Source: a virus. Taken from it: DNA of 64,000 nucleotides. The translations under genes and the position numbers were made by a program. The stretch is taken from positions 36,172 to 100,171 of the IMG/VR virus record IMGVR_UViG_3300046779_001754; one strand, written 5' to 3'. Positions 20,401 through 29,400 of this stretch are shown here, one piece after another (position 1 is the stretch's first letter; each line of letters opens with the position of its first letter). Under the pieces are notes generated by a model, which saw only the letters and a program-made list of their open reading frames with translations, was not told the origin of the DNA and did no database searches.

Positions 20401-23400
20401 TACTGTGGTGGTGACAATTCTGCATCGTAGTACGCTGGAACATCAAAGTCAGAAATGTCACCGGCAAAATCGTCAAAGCCGTTATATTTTAGATTGAACT
20501 CTCTAATTTGAACATGGTATGGTTTAACCTCGTTTAGATAATCCAATACAAAGTCTTGATTGTCACGACGATAAATTGGATACGGTAACAATTCTCGAAT
20601 TGTGTGTTCAACATCAATTAAACTGGTCTTGAGTAACCACTGTGGTGCTAACTGTTCGGTTAAGATATAGTTAAACATCAAGGTCATCAAGGTATTACGC
20701 TCAATTAACAAATCATCAATTAATAGTTCTTCGTTAATACTTTGAATAATTTTACGAGTTTCAATTTGAGGAGTTTGATCAAAATACTGTGCATCAAACA
20801 CTTCACCATCAAATCCCAATTTACCAGCAGCATAGTTCCAAATACCCGATGATATTTGAATAGTTCCGTCTTGCAAACCCACACGCTGCCATCCAGTTGA
20901 ATCAAGTTGATATAATTCCCACTTGCCTTGGCTGTTACTGATTACTCGTCCCACTGTGCCCACTGGAACAACTAGTGTAATCAGCTCAGCATAGCTTGCA
21001 ACTTGAACGCTCGGTGCCGTGGTACGATTAAACCCTGGAGAATACCAATCAATATAAGTCCAATACTCTTTGGTAACATAACTTTGTACTTTGATAAGAA
21101 CTAAAATGTGGATGCCCAATGTATTGGCTTGTACTTCGTATATGGTCCAACGACCGTTGTTGTTACTGTCACTCAACACAAGATACTTGTATCCAACAGG
21201 CACAATGACAATATTTTGCCAGCTTAATTCTTCAAGATTGGCCACTACTTCGTTGTAGTTGCCTGCTGGTGCAGGTATTGGATCTTCACTATTAAGCAAT
21301 GTCAGAGTGCGACTTTCAGCAATAGGATATAAAGAAATAATATTGTTAGTTCTTGTAATGTAATTTTCCAATGCTGTGAAGCGGTTAGTGAACATTGACT
21401 GGCGTGGTCTAAATTGCACACCATAACGCTCGGCTGGGCTTAGATTTGGATCAGGAACTGGGCTACCTTGTGTGTCTACACCACAGAAACTATCTTGCAG
21501 TTTTCTATATAGTGTTGGAGTTAAAAAACTTCCGGCTCGGCCCTGCGCCAAAAGTTGAAACTCAGTGTGAATATTATCATCATTTATTTGACGATCAAAT
21601 TCAATGTGGACAATGGTATCATATGCGCTGAGAAAACTTTCGCAATTATATATGGCAAAACAGCTTGATGTAATTGGCGCCATAAATGGTATGCCGCTGG
21701 CAATTGGAGACTCAATATATCTCCCCACAGATTCAGCACTGAGTGTTTTATTAGCAGCAGTATTCACTGTGGTAATACCACGCACCCAGAAATAATACGA
21801 CGTGATAAACGCACCCGAAGCATTTATTGAAGAACCCACTGAGTAACTCACAATTGAATATGGTGTGCCTGGGCCGGTATAATTTGCTGGTGGAACATTA
21901 CTTTCAATCCACTGATAAATGTCAACACTGCTACCAGGGAACACTTGCCCCCAGCGCCGACTTGCATACACAATATCATCTTGTCCAGGTTCAACAAAAC
22001 GAACAGTGGTAGTATCCCACCACATTTGTCCTACACGACTTGCACCCCAAGAATTGCCTTGATTGTTTATAGAACCGTTGTTGTATCCAGCTGGATCATA
22101 TGTAGTAATATAATCAATATTTTGACGTGCTGCCCCAAGGATCTTACCTTGCAATGGATCAAAGAAATCCAAGAATGTAGTCTTGGCACTTTGCAATCTA
22201 TCATAGAGCGTCACTGAGTTCAATGCATAGATGTTTACTGCTGGTTCTTCAAAGTGTTTGATGGCCCATGCTGGTGAATCATTGTAGTTCCAGAACACAC
22301 TCAGTGATCCGTTATTGTTCACTGATGTATCAAATGGTGTTCCTGGGGCACCAACAATCAGCGACGTTCCGGTATAATTGACAGATTTACCAAACAGATA
22401 ATTAGACTGTGCTGCAGAATAGTATATCTGCTCTCCGTATACATAAGCACCTGGGTTTATTGATGACTCGTTGCTGGCTGGTAGATAATCATACTGATAT
22501 ACTACACCTGACCTTGGAATGTCATCGTAGAATCCAGTACTGCCCGCATCAAATGTTGTGTCACCGGCATCAAATGTATCTATAACATGGGGTGTACCGT
22601 ATGGGGCACCAATGATTAATTCTAATCCTTTAGTGGTAATTGAACTACCAAACTGTGCTCCATCGGTGTTATATGGACTTATCAACGTTTCAATAGACTG
22701 ATATGGTTCAAAACCCAATAGGTCATAAACACTGTTGGCACCAGTACCAATGGCTCCGGGTTTTACAAATAGTTTTTGGTATGGTGTTGCTGCTTGTTTG
22801 TTGATCAAATCAATGGTTATTAATCCAGTTGATGCCGACGATGCTGCAATCACATTGGGAATACCAGCACTGTTAATTGCATCAACAAGACCACTGGGAG
22901 TGTTGTTTGGACTGACAGGCACTGCGACTTCATATCCATTGATGTTTATAGTGCAACCAGCAGTGAAAGACGACGGATGTAAGGTGCTTGAAATAGTACC
23001 ATATAAACGTGCCTGATCAACTGCAATGTCTACAATACCTTGTTGCGGATTTGTCACTTGTGCGCCTGGAGCACCAACAATTGCAGCACAATCAAACAGA
23101 CCATACGAAACGGCATTGCCAAAGAAACCATTTTCACTTGCAGTGCTTGGAATAATTTTATCAGTTTGAGCAAAGATATTGGTTTCAATTGTTACAATCT
23201 CACCAAGAGTCAAAGGTTGATTAATAGTTATGCTTGAAGCAGTCCAAGGATTACCAACATAATTCACTGTAAAAGTATTGGGGATTGATGTTCCCCATTG
23301 TGCAGTGTTGTATAGGTATTGATTGTTGACCATCACTGACGGTGGGAATTGCAATGACCCGTTTACTGTAAATGTTGGATTTAAAATCAAATCTGAAGTA

Positions 23401-26400
23401 ACAGTAAACTTTTGAATATTTCTATTAAATGTATATGCAGTACCTGCACGTGATGTTCCATCAACTTGTTCGTAAGGACAACCAACAATAACTTCACTAC
23501 CGTCTGCATTAGTAGCCACTGAGAAACCAAATTTTGCATTTTGCGCAAGACCACTCACCGACAACTTACCAGCGTATGCATAGTAAGTTCCGGCCGCAGC
23601 AAAAATTTCAGCACCGGCTGGGGGAGAGTTTACAAATACAAGATCATAATCACCTAGAGTACTGTCTGGTAAGCTACTGTCAGACTCTTCCCACTCATAA
23701 TCAATCTTGGGACGTTGAATAGTACCATTTACAGTCACAGTAAATGAGTTAATGTTTTGAGCAGTGTATAGATATTGTTGAATAGGAAATCGATCTTGTA
23801 TTGAAGGTCGAGATCCCGAAACACTAAACTCAGTAATTCCGCCAGCAAATGTTGTGTCGTCAACAGTGATATAACAGTTGTCAGTGGGAGTGCTTCCGCC
23901 AATTTGAGCACCATAGATAGTTATAACTTCACCAACGCTAAAATTAAATCCTGGATTCGCTATAGTTGCCGAATACACACCGCGTGTCACATCAATATTG
24001 AATTTTGCACTTTCGCCAACTCCGGTCACATGCCCTGGAGGAACGTCCAAATATTGATAGAAATCTAACTGTACCAGTTGACGTCGGTTGATGTAAATGG
24101 TTTGATTGGGCCCGGTGAGAGCAGTAAACTGGATGTATGAAAGCGTTGCTGTGTAATCAACACCTAGTCTCTGTGGACGATTTTCAATGTAAACATCAAG
24201 TTGATCTATTGAATCATACTGAATGCCAGCTGTACTGTATCTTAGAGTTTGCCCATCTGTACTGTATGTAATAACTTGTGTGGGCACCGGAACTTGTCCG
24301 TAGGCATAAACTGCGTTGCTGCCGGGAGCACCAACATATAACCAACGCTCATCGGAGCTCATTGCAACACTTCGACCAAAGTCAGCAGGACCTGGTTGAT
24401 CTAGAGCAATCAACAGTTGAGTATTTTCAAACGCTTGCAATTCACCGTTGTAGGTAAGAATCGCAGTGTATCCCACAGATCCAAAACTTGTTGGAGCACC
24501 AACTGCACCGTAAGTATTCTTACCAATAGCCAACGACAGTCCATAGCCACTGACAGCAGATGCATTCAAACTCAATGTTGAACCTTCGGCAAATAGACCT
24601 AAACTGTTTAGTGCATATTGATAAATGATACCTGTGCTGATGTATGGAGCGGCAGCTAGAACAATGGTGTTGTTGTTTGTTTGTGCAATAGACTCAGTCC
24701 AATAGGCATTTGCTGTTCTGGTTGGCAACAAGAACTGGTTAAACACCCATGGTTCAGTTTTTTCTAATACTATCCATTGCCCGTCTGAATTTTTATCAAT
24801 CCATAATAAACTACCAACATTTAGATTGTCAATGAACGGTAAATTTTTCGCATCACTGGCTTGGCTGACTCTTGAACTTTGTAAAATTAATCCCACACCC
24901 TGGCCAACGATGTTAGTAACTGCCTGACCCACAAATTGGTAGGCAATTGTTATGGTATTGATTGATGGAACTGTGATAACTTTATAAACGCCATTGATCG
25001 CTGCATCAAAGAATTTGATGATAATAGTGTCATTGACTTCTAATTTATGCTGAGTACTGAATGTGACAATGCTGGTTCCATCAAGATTGTCAGCAACTTC
25101 TGCAATGTATCCTGGAATATGATTGCATCGAAAAACTCCCCAATCATAGTCATTTATTTTTGCAATCCAAATATATGTACCAACGCCAATTGCTCCAAGA
25201 TTAGCATTGATATTGGCACCGTCATTGATGTCAAATACCGTGACGTCAACGTCATTTAAATTAACGTAACCAGCACTGGGTAAGTTGACATCAGTGATTT
25301 CATGCGGATCAATAGTTGGAAGAATGTTAGGTGTAGTGATCTTGTAACTTTCTCTCCATAGATCATCAATTAACACGGTCTGATCAGCTTGAGAAAATTC
25401 AAAAGGCACAATGACTTGCACAGTACTGGGGTTTGATGTCAACAATGCTTGATTTAATCGGACATCAAAGAAACTTCGGTTTGCCTGTGCTCCATAAGTT
25501 CCTTTGAGCACAGCCCAGTTTTCATAGACAACGTAGTCTGCTGCAACGTTTTCAAAGTTTGCGTTACCAAACAAGTCAATACTGTATTTGGTACCTTTGG
25601 TACCTAGAAACTGTTGATAGACATTAACCTGGCTGGCATCACTGAGATTCAACGCAGTCATGTACTCCCTTGGACGGAAACCAATTAGTCCATAACTCAA
25701 TAGATCTTGATCTCGCTCAAGGTTGGCAGTGATAATATCATATGACTGACGAATTTGATTGGCTTTGTTGGCAATATTAGGCAACAGGCCTTTTTGTATT
25801 TTATTATAGTCACTGATTAACCAATCGTTGAAATCAAATTCAGCTTTGGGTTGGACAATGTCGGCTGCGCTATAGTAAACATTCTTAAACAGTACAATTT
25901 GTCCACGAGTATACTTGACGTTTGGTGACCATTCTTCAATATTGTTTTGATTTAAAATAAAGCCTTGTGCATCTAGCTGTCCGTTCCAGTCATCTGTGGT
26001 AGCAGCAATCATCAACAGTCGACCTTGACGAGCAGCAGTAATTGGATCATAAATTAAATCACCAAACACACTGACATTTTTAAAAACTATGATATGCTCG
26101 TAAGCAGTGAACTTGAGATCAATTGAGTTAATAGTTTGTTCGTTTTGACTTACAATTTTAAACGAATTGTCAAATCTATCAACCACAAGATCTTGCACGT
26201 AAATTCTACGACGATTTTGATCTTGAATAATAGTTGCTGCGCCACGATCAACAATGCTGTCTACCACAGCATCAGGACGTGTGACCATTAATGTACGTGC
26301 TGTTGGGTTAAGATTCACAATACTACCTGATCCCCAACCCTGTGCGCTCCAATACAAAAATTCCTGCGCCATTTGACGCCAGCTTAGAATCATTCCGTTT

Positions 26401-29400
26401 TCTACGTCGTCAAACACCATGCCACGGCGAGCAAGTAATTGGCCATAGCTTATGATAAAATCGCATACCGCAGTTTCATTTGAAAACACATAGCCGTAAG
26501 GAACTTGTACTATATCGTTGGTATATGTAATAGGAACTGTGGCAGATTTGCCACCGGCATAGATTGTTTCTTTTAGACCCGCAGGTTGGCTGATTAATAT
26601 TTCAAAATATGGACGTTGAACTCCGTAGCCAAACACGCTATAACCATCATTGACTTTTTGTACAATAATTGAACTGTAAAGTATCTCGCTAAATGGTTGG
26701 TTCTTGTATAAGAACAAGTCATAGCCATCATCAGGCAGCAACAGACTGGTGTTGACACTATTTGGACTTGGTTTCTCTATGTACATTTTTATGTACTTTT
26801 TGTCTGAGAAACTAGCCATACGATATGCCAGTTGAACGCCAATGGTTTTTAAATTTGCAGCCAATACAGTTGGTGTTTGAGTATTGCCCAGGTATGTGTT
26901 GTAATCAACAATCCAGTTAATAAAGCTGGCTTTGCTTTGGCCTTGTCCGTAGATTTGAATATTGTTGGCATCAACTCTATAACGACCGTTGTATAGATAT
27001 TGATCTAATTCAGCATCGTACTTGTAGAGGTCTCGGTCAACAAACAGCGAAAAGAATTCTGCTGGTCGAGTCAAGGCCATTAAACGCATTATGGCAAACG
27101 GATAACTTGAGCTGGTTCTCCAGGCGTTTTCAACTGGACCATCATCGCCAAACTTCCAACTGCGTTGGAATGTGCTAGGAGAATACAAACCCACCACACT
27201 GTCAAGTGGCGACACCAAGTTTCCATGCGCATCCACTGGCAACACTTGTGTGAGTTCGGGTCTAGCGTATTCAGGTAAAATGTATGCACCGGCTGGATCG
27301 GCTACACGTCCTAGACTTAGATCATCCCATAATACCATGTTACCTGACGTATAAGGTGGAAGACCGTAACGTGATTCCCACCAGTCTGGTTGTGCGGTAA
27401 ATCCAAGCATCTCCCAAGGAGCCTGAGCTGGATTATAAGTATCATAGAAGTAGTTGTATATGCCGCGCCAGGCGCCCAGCAATGGTTGCCCGGTTAACTT
27501 ATTTGAACTCTGACTATAGTTGTAGGTGTATGGATTTGACGCAATATATTCCTGAGCAGCATAGTCAATCTTATTGGTTGCAACCCACGTTAGAAAATCA
27601 GCTGACAGGATACCATTAACTTCAGCAAGACTGTATTCAGTTGTACGGAACTGTCCAGGGATGATGTCAGTGACCTTGATTGGTATTTCACTGTGTACTT
27701 TTAAATTATCGTAAATTCTTGTTTCAAATTCTAATAGAATATCGTCGCGAATATCGTTGAATGCCACAGTGATGCTGCCGTCGTGACCACGTATAACTGT
27801 AGTTGGCTCAATATAGGTTTCGTCAACATAGACTTCGGGTCTAAATGATGGATACAGTCCCATTTTAGTGGGAGTGTTGGGCACATAGTTACCAACTGTG
27901 GTGTCAAACTCCTGAATTGCAATAACGTCACCAACATTTAATGGTATAGTGATTGTTATAATGGCAGCATCTGTTGCTACAGTATATTCATAGTCTTTTA
28001 CCAACAAACGATTGTTGACATATACCAGCAAACCGTAGTAATTGCTTGAATTAAAATCATACACACGCACGGTATTAAATGTGTTGGTACTAATTGGAGT
28101 ATGTGTATAGGTATTTTCAGTGTAGACTGTACGTGCAGGTAGCATATCAGACCAATAGAATGGACTTGATTCAGTGCGTCCTGCTGTGAGTATGCTGATA
28201 GCTTCGGTAAAGATTTGAGGTACTGTGAGATTACCCCAATCTCTCAATGCCACAATGTCTAGTAATTGATATTTGAATTTTATATATTCACTGCTGTTGT
28301 ATTCTAGCGAACTAAAAAATTCATAGTTAGTGTCACGCAGGAAGTAACCCAACAATGTCATTGGAGAACTTTGCTGTAGAATATTCAGACCATATGGTGC
28401 AATGTAACCTAGGTCACGACTGTTATTTGAACCATTAATAATACCGGTTAAATTTAATAAGTTTTGACAAATAGATTCGTAATGTGTGCGCACAGTACCA
28501 AGTGTCACTGCGCTGGGATTTTGATTTAGTGCATTGTTTTCTAGATTGCTTGGAATCTGATAGAACGCCACTGCACTAGGCTGCTCGCTCAGTGCTAAAA
28601 CAATGACTGTATCGCCGGCAACATAAGTGCCGCTAATCAAATTAACGGTTGTGGTGTTTTCGGTTCTAGTGTAATCATAGGTGCCAGGGTCTTGAAATTT
28701 TGATCCAACATAGACTTTTAACACCGGATAAGTTGTTGGCACTGCTGGATCAACGATTTGATCATCTACACGCACGTCAAGTAACAACGGTTCATCATTG
28801 TAGGTGAACTGAAATTGCTGATAGATTTTGCTCTTGTAAGGTGCCGTGGTCCAACCCAGTTTTCTCTTGAATGTTGTGCGATCGGCATATTGTCGTACAA
28901 ATCCAATGCTAACATCACGTGTGGTACTCACACGATTATCAACATAGATAAAAGTGTCGGTGTAAAAATTATTGTCAAAAACAATATCACCAACATTGGT
29001 TAAAGTTAGATATTTCAGTGCAAATCCCAGTACAGGATCAGTTACTCCAGCTGAATTGATTGCATAAGAAAATAGTTTTGATCCGGCAAACGTACTACTT
29101 GGATACTTCACAGGATCGGCCAGGCTAGCATCATCAACAAAAATATCAAATAACGGTGGCTGATTGACTGTAGATTTTTGTTGTGCAAGTTGCCAGGTAA
29201 ATCCATCAAACCAAAAACTTTGCCCTTGTCTAGTAACACCGTTCATGCAGACTACTGCGTCGTTATAGGCCGCAGTGCCATTAGAGACTTCAACTAGATT
29301 AATAATGGGTTCTTGAATCAGCGGTGCAATGGTATCAGGTGTTATTAATTGTACTTCGTAAATTTTGTTTCTAACAGCTGGATCTTCGTCAGCAGCGAAA